Shown: in pieces, positions 1 to 7,905 of the stretch | Position numbering within the stretch: the first letter of the stretch is position 1 | Layout of the letters: every line of letters begins with the position of its first letter | NCBI GenBank assembly: GCA_964196055.1 | Contig: CAXMSF010000018.1 | Coordinates: 1-56,766, forward strand | DNA from: an uncultured Gammaproteobacteria bacterium | GTDB taxonomy: Bacteria > Myxococcota_A > UBA9160 > SMWR01 | DNA length: 56,766 nucleotides | Direction: 5' to 3' | Program-made: the position numbers and the translations under genes | Notes under the pieces: model-generated | Told to the model about the DNA's origin: nothing | The model's input: the letters and a program-made list of their open reading frames with translations, nothing else | The model's database searches: none

Positions 1-740
1 TCGTCGGACGGATCATCTGCAGCGCGCTGCGACGCGCGACGCGGCGCGCGCTCGAGCGTTCGGGTGTGGATGCATCGCTGGTGCCCTTCGTCACGAGCCT
101 CGTCTACTACGCCTCGTTGGCCGTCGTCCTGATCGCGGTACTGAATCTGTTCGGGATCCAGACCGCGTCGGTCATCGCCGTGCTCGGCGCCGCCAGCCTC
201 GCAGTCGGACTCGCCATGCAGGGGACCCTGTCGAATTTCGCAGCCGGCGTGATGCTGCTCGTCTTCCGGCCGTTCAAGATCGGCGACTATGTCGAGGTCG
301 CGGGCACCTCGGGCGGAGTCTTCGAGATCGGCATCTTCTCCACGACCCTCAATACTCCCGACAACGTCAAGATCACCGTTCCAAACTCGGCGATCTACGG
401 CGACACCGTGAAGAACTACTCCGCCAGCAAAACCCGCCGCAACGATCTCACCATCGGAATCTCGTACGACGACGATATCGCCGTCGCGGTGTCGACGATC
501 CAACGCGTGCTCGCCTCCGACGCACGGGTGCTGCAAGACCCCGAGTCGCTCATCGCAGTCAGCGAGCTCGGCGATTCGTCCGTCAACCTCGTCGTACGCC
601 CGTGGTGCAACGCCTCGGACTACTGGCCGCTGCGCTTCGACCTGACCCGCCGGCTGAAGGAAGAGCTCGAGGCTGCGGGCTGCTCGATTCCTTACCCGCA
701 GCGCGACGTACACGTGCACCGGGAGAACAACGCCGCCTGA
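1..740 (+). CDS. MscS-family small-conductance mechanosensitive channel, 5' end cut by window edge
   Basis: Frame 3 is open from nt 3 (VGRIICSALRRATRRALERSGVDASLV...), so the listed GTG at 66 is internal. TM helices are followed by an MscS-type beta domain (GTLSNFAAGVMLLVFRPFKIGDYVEV, ...NVKITVPNSAIY). Stop at 738-740. Confidence 0.85.
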   Translation, partial: VGRIICSALRRATRRALERSGVDASLVPFVTSLVYYASLAVVLIAVLNLFGIQTASVIAVLGAASLAVGLAMQGTLSNFAAGVMLLVFRPFKIGDYVEVAGTSGGVFEIGIFSTTLNTPDNVKITVPNSAIYGDTVKNYSASKTRRNDLTIGISYDDDIAVAVSTIQRVLASDARVLQDPESLIAVSELGDSSVNLVVRPWCNASDYWPLRFDLTRRLKEELEAAGCSIPYPQRDVHVHRENNAA

Positions 741-789
741 GCGGAAGACCCTGGTCGCATCGCAACCGACGCGCAGCTAGCGTTTCGCC

Positions 790-1437
790 ATGGCCGACAT
801 CGACATCGAAGCGATCGGAGAGCAGCTCCCGCTGCTCGAGGGCATCCGGACCACGCGCGCGATCCGCCGGCTGCTACCCGATCCCGTCCCGCGCGAACTG
901 ATCCGAAAGGTTTGCGAAGCGGGATCGCTCGCGCCCAGCGGCGGCAACCGGCAGCCTTGGCGATTCATCGCAGTCACCGACGCCAAGCGCCGGCAGTGGG
1001 TCGCGGACCGTTATCGCCCGGCCTTTCACGAATACATCGCCGCCGGGAAAAAGGCCGCGCGTGACCCCGCGTTTCCCGAATCCAGTCGACGCATGCAACG
1101 CGCCGCGCTCCACCTCGCAGACCACCTCCACGAGGCGCCGGTGCTCCTCTTCGTCGCTGGCTGGACCCGTCGTGGGCAGCCTCAGCTACAGGCCCTGATG
1201 CCCGCGGTCCAGAACATCCTGCTCGCGTGCCGTGCGGTCGGACTCGGTGCGAGCCTGACGACTTTGCATCGCAGCTTCGGCGAGGAATGCGATCGCTGGC
1301 TCCAGCTACCCGAAAACTGCCCGACTTGCGCCCTGATTCCGATCGGCTGGCCGAAGGGGCGCTACGGCCGACCACCGCGAAAATCGGTCGACGAGTGCCT
1401 CTCCTGGGAGACCTTCCAAAACGCGCCCCAGAGCTAG
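790..1437 (+). CDS. nitroreductase family protein
   Basis: 215-aa ORF with the typical nitroreductase N-terminus (RTTRAIRRLLPDPVPRELIRKVCEAGSLAPSGGNRQPWRFIAV). The overlapping ORFs are Arg-rich shadows. Confidence 0.8.
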   Translation: MADIDIEAIGEQLPLLEGIRTTRAIRRLLPDPVPRELIRKVCEAGSLAPSGGNRQPWRFIAVTDAKRRQWVADRYRPAFHEYIAAGKKAARDPAFPESSRRMQRAALHLADHLHEAPVLLFVAGWTRRGQPQLQALMPAVQNILLACRAVGLGASLTTLHRSFGEECDRWLQLPENCPTCALIPIGWPKGRYGRPPRKSVDECLSWETFQNAPQS

Positions 1438-1442
1438 CAGGG

Positions 1443-2021
1443 TCAGCACCAGCGAAAGTGCGCCGTCGCGAGCGAGCGCGAACGTTCGATCGAGAAGTCG
1501 ACTTCACCGTCCTTGGGCTTCTCGAGGTCGAAGACGCCGAGGCAGATCGCGTGCCAGCAGTGCAGGTAGCCTTCCGACGCGAAGGCCTCGGGGGCGATGT
1601 TCTCGAAGCGGATCTCCGCACTGTGGTCGGAGAGCAGCTCGAAGGCGGGCGTGCAGAAGTCGCGGTAGGCGAGCGTCCAACCCTTCGGAATCATCTTGAG
1701 GAGCTTCCCGGGCTTCGCGCCGAAGAGCCGCAGACTACCCTCGACGAAATTGCGCAACAGCGGTTTCTCGATGAGATGGCCGATGCTGCGCCGCCAGCAC
1801 GCGACCGCGTCCTCACGGCCGAGCAAGGCCAGGGTTTGGTCCATCAGCCAGTGGTCGTGCTCGAACTCCAGCCACGAGAAGCCCGGCGTGCGGTCGATCG
1901 CGTCGAGTGATTCCGGCGGGATCGCCGCGCGGATTTCGGCGAGCGCACCCGGACGAAAGATCTCTACGAAGTTCACATTGTCGCGCGCAGCACTCGCCCG
2001 CGCGGCCGGCTTCCTCGACAT
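1443..2021 (-). CDS. hypothetical protein (possibly DUF2378-like, unverified)
   Basis: 192-aa ORF with balanced, non-shadow composition (W/F/H/C present). Convergent with the nitroreductase gene. I recognise no motif with certainty. Confidence 0.55.
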   Translation of the reverse strand: MSRKPAARASAARDNVNFVEIFRPGALAEIRAAIPPESLDAIDRTPGFSWLEFEHDHWLMDQTLALLGREDAVACWRRSIGHLIEKPLLRNFVEGSLRLFGAKPGKLLKMIPKGWTLAYRDFCTPAFELLSDHSAEIRFENIAPEAFASEGYLHCWHAICLGVFDLEKPKDGEVDFSIERSRSLATAHFRWC

Positions 2022-2142
2022 CCGCAGCTCTCCCCTTGTCTACGGGTCGGCGACGGCACTCGATCGACCCCGCCTCGACCCGTCCGCCCTTATCGACCGG
2101 CTGCGGATGCGGCCTGAGCGGCACCGAAATCGCCGCCCGCGC

Positions 2143-4491
2143 TCAGATGGCCCGCTCGACCCGACACAGGGTGTATTTGGTATGCGGACAGCCGCTGATC
2201 GGGTCGCGGTCCGCGATGTCCGTGAGCTCGTTGGTGTTGACTCCGTCGACCGCAACCTCGCCGTTCGGCCCGTGGTGGATCATTCCGAAACCGTTCGGGA
2301 TCCAGACGTGGCCCTCGAGGCAGTGGGCATCGATCTCTGCAGACAACTCGACCGATCCGCGCGCGGTCGATACCCGCACCGCGTCGCCGTCCGCAACGCC
2401 GAGTGTCTCGGCGTCGCTCGGTCCGATGTGGAGCGAGCAGCCGCCCGCCTTGCCCTTTCGCCAGCCCGGGTCGCGCTGGATGGTATTTGCGGTCCAACGG
2501 GTGCGCAGACCGGCGCCGAGCACGAGCGGGTAGTCGGGGTCCGTCGGCAAGTCGGTCGAGATTGCGCGCGCGATCTCCTCCAGCATCGGCGCCGGCGCGA
2601 GCCGCACCTTTCCGTCCTCGAAGCCGATATTCGCGGCGAGCCCGTTGGAATCGTCCGCCTTCGCGATCTCGACGCCTTCGGGGTGATCGAGTATCCGCCG
2701 GAACAACTCAGCCGCTATTGCGAAGCCGTTCTCGTCCTTCCAGTCGGCGCCGAGCGTGCGGAGCACGGATTCCCGTCGCATCAACGCGTTCTGATGGCAC
2801 ACCACCCAGACCGAGACCAGTGCGGGCGACGGCAGCAGCGGGCCGAGCGTCTGATACGCCCAGAACAGCACCGCGGACTCGTCTCCCTTCGCCGCAGTCT
2901 GGAGCGCGCCCAGGTACGCCATCGCACCGGCCGGTTCGAGTGCATCCTTCGCAAGCGCGTGTAGTTCGGACGGCGGCTCCCCGAACAACCCCATTCCCTC
3001 GGCAAGGCGCGCGTAGATCTCGGCTTCGGGCAGCGCTTCGGCCGGGCCCGGAACGATGGGCGGCCGCAGCTGCACGTAGACTTCGGGATAGCCCTTCGGA
3101 AAGCCCGCCTGCTCCCACTTCTCGTAACCGCACGGGGTCGGCAGCACGTAGTCGGCCAGGCGTGCGGTCTCCGTCATCGCGGGCTCGATCACGACCAGCA
3201 GCTCGAGTTCTTCGCAGGCCTCGCGCCAGCGCGCGGTATCGGAGAAGGAGAGCAGGGGATTCGATCCCTCGACGACGAGTGCGCGCAAACGTTCCGGGTG
3301 GTCGTGCAGCACTTCCTCGGGGACGAGCGTGGGCGAGAACATTCCGAAGCCACCGAGCGCCGATATTGCCTGGATTCCCGATGCGAGCGCGCGCTCGGGT
3401 TCTTCGAAACGCTTCGGGCTCAGATGCGGCGGCGTCACAGTTTCCAGGAAGACATTCCCGCCGTCACGCCCGACGTTTCCGGTGAGCAGCGCGATCACTC
3501 GAATCAAGTAGGAGATCAAGGTCGAGAACAGTGTCTGCTCGACGGCGAGATCCCACATGATCGCCGCGGACGGTGCGGACGCATACTCGCGTGCGATCTC
3601 AGCGATCGTCTCGACCGGTAAGCCGCAACGCTCGGCCATGGTCGCGATATCGACTTCCGCCAATGCGCCCCGCAGCGCTTCGAAATCACGCGTGCGCTTC
3701 GACAAGAATGCCGTGTCGACGAGGCCCTCGTCGGAAGCGATGATCGCCGCGACTGCGAGCAGCAACCAGGCGTCGGCCCCGGGTCGAACGCGTACATGTC
3801 GATCCGCCTGCCGCGTGGTCTCGGTTTCGCGCGGGTCGATGACGACGAGCCGACGATCGGGGTCCGCAGCGTACGCTCTGAAATACTCGTTCGCGTTGTG
3901 GCCGCGGTTGCTGATGCGCGGGTTCGTACCCATTACCATCAGGTGCTTCGCATGCGCCTGATCGGGGTGAAAGAAGACCGTCGGAGCAGAATCGAACATC
4001 CAGTGTTCGACCAGGAAATGCTGGTGCTTTTCCTGGGCGAAAGCGTTGAACCAGCGTTTCGAACCCACGGCACTCAACCACGACAACGCGTAGGCGGCAT
4101 CGTTGTGGTTCGCCTGCCCCCCCACGCCCACGAGGCCGATCGAGCGTGCCCCGTGCTCGTCGCGCAGCGCAACGAGCTTTCGCGAAATTTCGTCGATCGC
4201 CTCGTCCCACGATACGCGCTCGAAGCTTCCATCCGCGCGGCGTCGCATTGGAGTCTGGACGCGCTCGTCGTGCTCGACATAGTGCGCGATCTGGAAGCCC
4301 TTGTTGCACGAATAGCCGTGAGTGATCGGATTGCCCTGGTCCGGACGCACGGCTGCGATCTTCCCATCCGCGACGTCGACGCGAAGTCCACAGTTGTGGC
4401 TGCACAGCACGCAGACCGTCGCGAGGTCGCTCGCGGTGAGTGCAATCGGTTCGGCTGAAACGGACGGAGGAACACTTCGAGTCGCGGTCAT
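2143..4491 (-). CDS. molybdopterin (bis-MGD) oxidoreductase family protein
   Basis: N-terminal 4Fe-4S motif CVLCSHNCGLRV...GYSCNKG and a long MopB-type body with a C-terminal MGD-binding barrel (SLHIGPSDAETLGVADGDAVRVSTARGSVEL). Start set at the internal ATG 4491 (MTATRS...), preceded by AGGAGAAGCCC. The 47-codon upstream extension in the ORF track is Arg-rich. Confidence 0.85.
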   Translation of the reverse strand: MTATRSVPPSVSAEPIALTASDLATVCVLCSHNCGLRVDVADGKIAAVRPDQGNPITHGYSCNKGFQIAHYVEHDERVQTPMRRRADGSFERVSWDEAIDEISRKLVALRDEHGARSIGLVGVGGQANHNDAAYALSWLSAVGSKRWFNAFAQEKHQHFLVEHWMFDSAPTVFFHPDQAHAKHLMVMGTNPRISNRGHNANEYFRAYAADPDRRLVVIDPRETETTRQADRHVRVRPGADAWLLLAVAAIIASDEGLVDTAFLSKRTRDFEALRGALAEVDIATMAERCGLPVETIAEIAREYASAPSAAIMWDLAVEQTLFSTLISYLIRVIALLTGNVGRDGGNVFLETVTPPHLSPKRFEEPERALASGIQAISALGGFGMFSPTLVPEEVLHDHPERLRALVVEGSNPLLSFSDTARWREACEELELLVVIEPAMTETARLADYVLPTPCGYEKWEQAGFPKGYPEVYVQLRPPIVPGPAEALPEAEIYARLAEGMGLFGEPPSELHALAKDALEPAGAMAYLGALQTAAKGDESAVLFWAYQTLGPLLPSPALVSVWVVCHQNALMRRESVLRTLGADWKDENGFAIAAELFRRILDHPEGVEIAKADDSNGLAANIGFEDGKVRLAPAPMLEEIARAISTDLPTDPDYPLVLGAGLRTRWTANTIQRDPGWRKGKAGGCSLHIGPSDAETLGVADGDAVRVSTARGSVELSAEIDAHCLEGHVWIPNGFGMIHHGPNGEVAVDGVNTNELTDIADRDPISGCPHTKYTLCRVERAI

Positions 4492-4985
4492 GGGCTTCTC
4501 CTGTCGGCTACTTCGGATGATTTCGAATTGCGGACTCCGGCCCGCGGGCTGATTGCGGCGCGGATGTTCCGCGGATCGATGCCGTCGCCGCATTCGGAGC
4601 AGACGAGCGTCGGCGTGGTGGCGTGTCCGCAATCCCGGTGTACGAGCGTCACGGGCGGACCTTCGTCATCCGCCATCCAGCGATCGCCCCAACGCACGAG
4701 CCCCGCGATCACCGGATAGAGATCGCGGCCCTTTTCGGTGAGTCGGTACTCGTACCGGGTGGGCTTCTGCTGGTAGGGGTGACGCTCGAGCACTCCCGCC
4801 TCGACGAGCTTTGCGAGCCGCGTCGAGAGCAGGTGAGGAGACAGTCCGAGCGATTCGGAGAACTGGTCGAAGCGCCGAGCGCCGAGAAAGCAGTCGCGGA
4901 GCAGGAGCAGCGTCCAGCGATCCCCCACGACCGAGAGGGTCCGTGCGATCGAGCAGTTCATCTCGGCAATCTCTCGCCAACGCAT
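4488..4985 (-). CDS. HxlR (DUF24) family transcriptional regulator with Cys/His-rich C-terminal extension
   Basis: NCSIARTLSVVGDRWTLLLLRDCF...RFDQFSESLGLSPHLLSTRLAKLVEAGVLER..Y.LTEKG is a classic HxlR wHTH. The extra tail is HRDCGHATTPTLVCSECGDG. The stop overlaps the oxidoreductase ATG (ATGA at 4488-4491). Start is ATG 4985, with an alternative TTG at 5003. Confidence 0.85.
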   Translation of the reverse strand: MRWREIAEMNCSIARTLSVVGDRWTLLLLRDCFLGARRFDQFSESLGLSPHLLSTRLAKLVEAGVLERHPYQQKPTRYEYRLTEKGRDLYPVIAGLVRWGDRWMADDEGPPVTLVHRDCGHATTPTLVCSECGDGIDPRNIRAAISPRAGVRNSKSSEVADRRSP

Positions 4986-4993
4986 TCGATGAT

Positions 4994-5016
4994 CTAACTT
5001 CAAAAACAGAAGTAAG
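4994..5016. promoter_or_regulatory. imperfect palindrome in an AT-rich patch just upstream of hxlR (candidate operator)
   Basis: CTAACTTC-aaaaaca-GAAGTAAG, with 7 of 8 arm positions complementary. It lies 9-31 nt upstream of the ATG at 4985, in a locally AT-rich stretch of a GC-rich genome. Confidence 0.3.
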
Positions 5017-5107
5017 TCCAGCCAAGATTTAGCCCGCCGACACGAGTGCGAAATCAGGCGTATTTACAGGGTGTTGGAGGCCGGCACGCAATCTGTCGGG
5101 CCGACCC

Positions 5108-6514
5108 TCAATCGAGGTAGCCGAGCGCGCGCAGCGCCTCTTCGGTCTCGGGCCGCAGCTCCGGGCGGTCTGCTTCGGAGTACTCGGGCGGGCGGCGGGC
5201 GACTTCCGAGCGGAGCTTCGCGACCAGTTCCGCAACGCGCTCCGGCTCGCGCGTCGAGATATCGTGCAATTCCGCGGGGTCGTTCGCGAGATCGAAGAGC
5301 TCGCGCTCGCCCGTCGTGCGCAGCACCAACTTGTAGGGCCAGCTCTGAATCGCCATCTGATCGCGATCGAAGAAGTCACCGAAGAACTTCACGTTCAGGT
5401 CGCTGCGCCGCACTTCGAGCAGGACATCACCTCCGGTCGCCTCGAGGCCGCGTGCATCGACGCCCTCCGGCACGTCGATCCCCGCCGCGCCCAACAGCGT
5501 CGGGAAGAGCTGGTGGGTCTGCACCTGGCCCGCGACTCGCACGCCATCGCGCTCGCCGGGACGACGCAGCAGCAGCGGCACGCGCACGTTGTCCTCATAT
5601 AGATGAGCACCGTGACTCAGATAGAAGTGTTCGCCGAAGCTCTCGCCGTGATCGGAGGTAATCACGATCAGGGTCTCGGGGCCGCGCGGCGAAGCGTCGA
5701 TGGCGTCGAGCAGCCGACCCAGGTGGGCGTCCATATATCGAATCTCCGCATCGTACGCGTCGAGCATGCCGGCGATCCATTCACGTTGGTCCGCGGGGTA
5801 ACGCTCGACCGGCTCGGGCCGATCGCCCGCAGTCAGGCGCCCGATCAAGCGGACCTTGTGCTCCGTCTCGTCCGGATTCACGAGGCCGCGGTCGTACGGA
5901 GCGGGCGGGTGGTACGGTGCGTGCGGATCGAAGAAGTTCACGAACAGGAAGTACGGCTCGTCGCCGAAGCGCTCGACCAGCTGAATCGCCCCAGTAGCGA
6001 CCTTCGCGGCGCGTCTTCCGTGGATACGATCCTCCAGGCTCACGAGGTCGTCGTCGTAGAATTCGAAGCCCTGGGCGATGCCGAATTCTCGCCGCAGCGC
6101 AGGGCCTCCCACCACCGCTCCGGTCCGGTAACCCGCGTCGCGCATCATCTCGCCGAGCGTCGTGAACGATTCGGCCAGCGGTCGGACGCCGTAGCTCAGG
6201 CTGTGGTTCTCGCTCGCCGGGTCGCTCTGTGCGCCGTGCTGCATCGGCAGCAGGCCGGTGAAGATCGACGCGTGGGTCGGCAACGTCCACGAGGAGGTCG
6301 AATATGCGCGCTCGTACACCGTGGCTCGCTCGGCGAAGCGGTCGAGCTTCGGACTCGTCGCTTTCTCGTAGCCGTACACACCGAGATGGTCGGCCCGCGT
6401 GGTGTCGAGCGAGATCAGCACGATGTTCATCGGCTGCGGTTCGCCGCAGCCGACTGCTGCGATGAGCGCAATGGCGGCCGCGCAGCGTTGAATACTCGGA
6501 ATTACCCGCTTCAT
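5108..6514 (-). CDS. sulfatase-like (alkaline-phosphatase superfamily) exported hydrolase/transferase, no formylglycine motif
   Basis: Signal peptide ending ...IAAVGC, then NIVLISLDTTRADHLG and YSTSSWTLPTHASIFTG at the position of the sulfatase C/S-x-P-x-R signature. ...ITSDHGESFGEH follows later. Confidence 0.8.
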   Translation of the reverse strand: MKRVIPSIQRCAAAIALIAAVGCGEPQPMNIVLISLDTTRADHLGVYGYEKATSPKLDRFAERATVYERAYSTSSWTLPTHASIFTGLLPMQHGAQSDPASENHSLSYGVRPLAESFTTLGEMMRDAGYRTGAVVGGPALRREFGIAQGFEFYDDDLVSLEDRIHGRRAAKVATGAIQLVERFGDEPYFLFVNFFDPHAPYHPPAPYDRGLVNPDETEHKVRLIGRLTAGDRPEPVERYPADQREWIAGMLDAYDAEIRYMDAHLGRLLDAIDASPRGPETLIVITSDHGESFGEHFYLSHGAHLYEDNVRVPLLLRRPGERDGVRVAGQVQTHQLFPTLLGAAGIDVPEGVDARGLEATGGDVLLEVRRSDLNVKFFGDFFDRDQMAIQSWPYKLVLRTTGERELFDLANDPAELHDISTREPERVAELVAKLRSEVARRPPEYSEADRPELRPETEEALRALGYLD

Positions 6515-6773
6515 TGGATTCTCCAGCCTAGCCTGACTCGTCGGGCGCCACTAATTCCGGTTCAGGCCGGCGCACCCGAGCGAGGAGCCGAGCCCTTTGG
6601 CCGTCGGGACGACACACTAAGGCGGAGCCGCCCTCGAGCCGATAGCCAAGGCATGACGCGCGCGCAGATCGCTTCCCGATCCAATCGAAGCTGTTGCCGA
6701 ATCCGTGCAGCGCTGGGCGCGAGTTGCAGGTGAAAGTGGAAGAATCCGGCAGCCTCGTGGTGGCGGTGGCGAG

Positions 6774-7742
6774 ATGAAAGTCAGCGCAATCGTCCCCACC
6801 TTCAACCACGCGCACCTGTTACCACGCGCGCTCGCGAGTATCGCGAACCAGACCCACCGCGACATCGAGGTCATCGTCGTCGACGATGGCTCCAACGACG
6901 AGACCGACCGGGTCGTGCACGGGATCTCCGCGAGCTTTCCGTTCTTGATCCGCTACTACCGTCAATCGAATTGCGGCTGCGCCGCAGCCCGCAACCACGG
7001 TCTGAGGGTGGCAAGCGGCGACGCCGTCGCATTCCTCGACTCGGACGACGAATGGACGCCGGATGCGCTCGAGCGACTGGTCGACGCACTCGAGTCGACG
7101 GGAGCGGACTTCGCCTACAGCCCGGCGATCGAAATCGACGAATCGGGTCGAGAGACCCTGGAACGGCCGGTTGCGGCCCGACACCCCGAACGGCTGGCCT
7201 GCGACCACTTCGAATGTTCGAATCTCCGAAACGGTGCGACGTTGTTCAGGCACAGTGTGATCGATGCGGTCGGAGAACTCGACGAGAACCTGGGCCACAA
7301 TGAAGATTCTGATTTCCACCAGCGCGTCGCGATCCGTTGCACCGCCGCCTACGTGGATACACCGAGCGTGCGCGTGTTCGACCGCGGCGAACGCAAAGCC
7401 GCCAACCGGGCCGCGATCCTGCGCGCGCTGCTCACGAGTTCCGAAAAAGTACTCGAACAGAATCCGGACTTCGCGAAGATTCTCGGGCAGCGCTCGGACC
7501 GGCGCGTAGAGGAAATCCGCACACGACTGCTCGACGCCTTGATCCTGGAAGGTGACTTTCCCGCGGCGCGCCGACTCGTTCGCGAGATGGAAGTGCAGAA
7601 CGGCTTGGGGCAGCGGATCGCGCTCGCAATGGGATCCACACGGCCCTACACCTTCGCACGGCGTGTTCGTTCCGCCTGGCGGCGCTGGTCGAAGCGCGAC
7701 GAAGCGGATGCTTCGGCCGCACAGCGACCAGAACGCAGCTAG
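6774..7742 (+). CDS. family 2 glycosyltransferase
   Basis: MKVSAIVPTFNHAHLLPRALASIANQTHRDIEVIVVDDGSND and the DxD motif FLDSDDEW. Start taken at ATG 6774 (M24 of the listed ORF). Confidence 0.85.
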   Translation: MKVSAIVPTFNHAHLLPRALASIANQTHRDIEVIVVDDGSNDETDRVVHGISASFPFLIRYYRQSNCGCAAARNHGLRVASGDAVAFLDSDDEWTPDALERLVDALESTGADFAYSPAIEIDESGRETLERPVAARHPERLACDHFECSNLRNGATLFRHSVIDAVGELDENLGHNEDSDFHQRVAIRCTAAYVDTPSVRVFDRGERKAANRAAILRALLTSSEKVLEQNPDFAKILGQRSDRRVEEIRTRLLDALILEGDFPAARRLVREMEVQNGLGQRIALAMGSTRPYTFARRVRSAWRRWSKRDEADASAAQRPERS

Positions 7743-7905
7743 GCGTGCAACGCGCGAAGCGTGATTCTCGCGCCGACGCACAAGCCCAGTCTCGAAGCCG
7801 CCAACGCGCGGCTGGCGAGGCGACTCGAGGCTGAACCTTCGGGCTCTGAGGCCAAAACGCCACAGATCGAAGCGCCTCTATCCCATTCTCGGGCAGTGCA
7901 TTTGT

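Noticed and set aside
2143-4491. Molybdopterin oxidoreductase as a selenocysteine-containing formate dehydrogenase, given selB in the window
   Set aside because: The reading frame is uninterrupted, with no in-frame TGA. The cluster-proximal motif is GYSCNKG, not an SeCys/Cys-H FDH motif. No fdh partner subunits are present.
4492-4632. 47-codon N-terminal extension of the oxidoreductase ORF
   Set aside because: It is Arg-rich and overlaps the HxlR coding region. The internal ATG at 4491 has a strong AGGAG and overlaps the hxlR stop.
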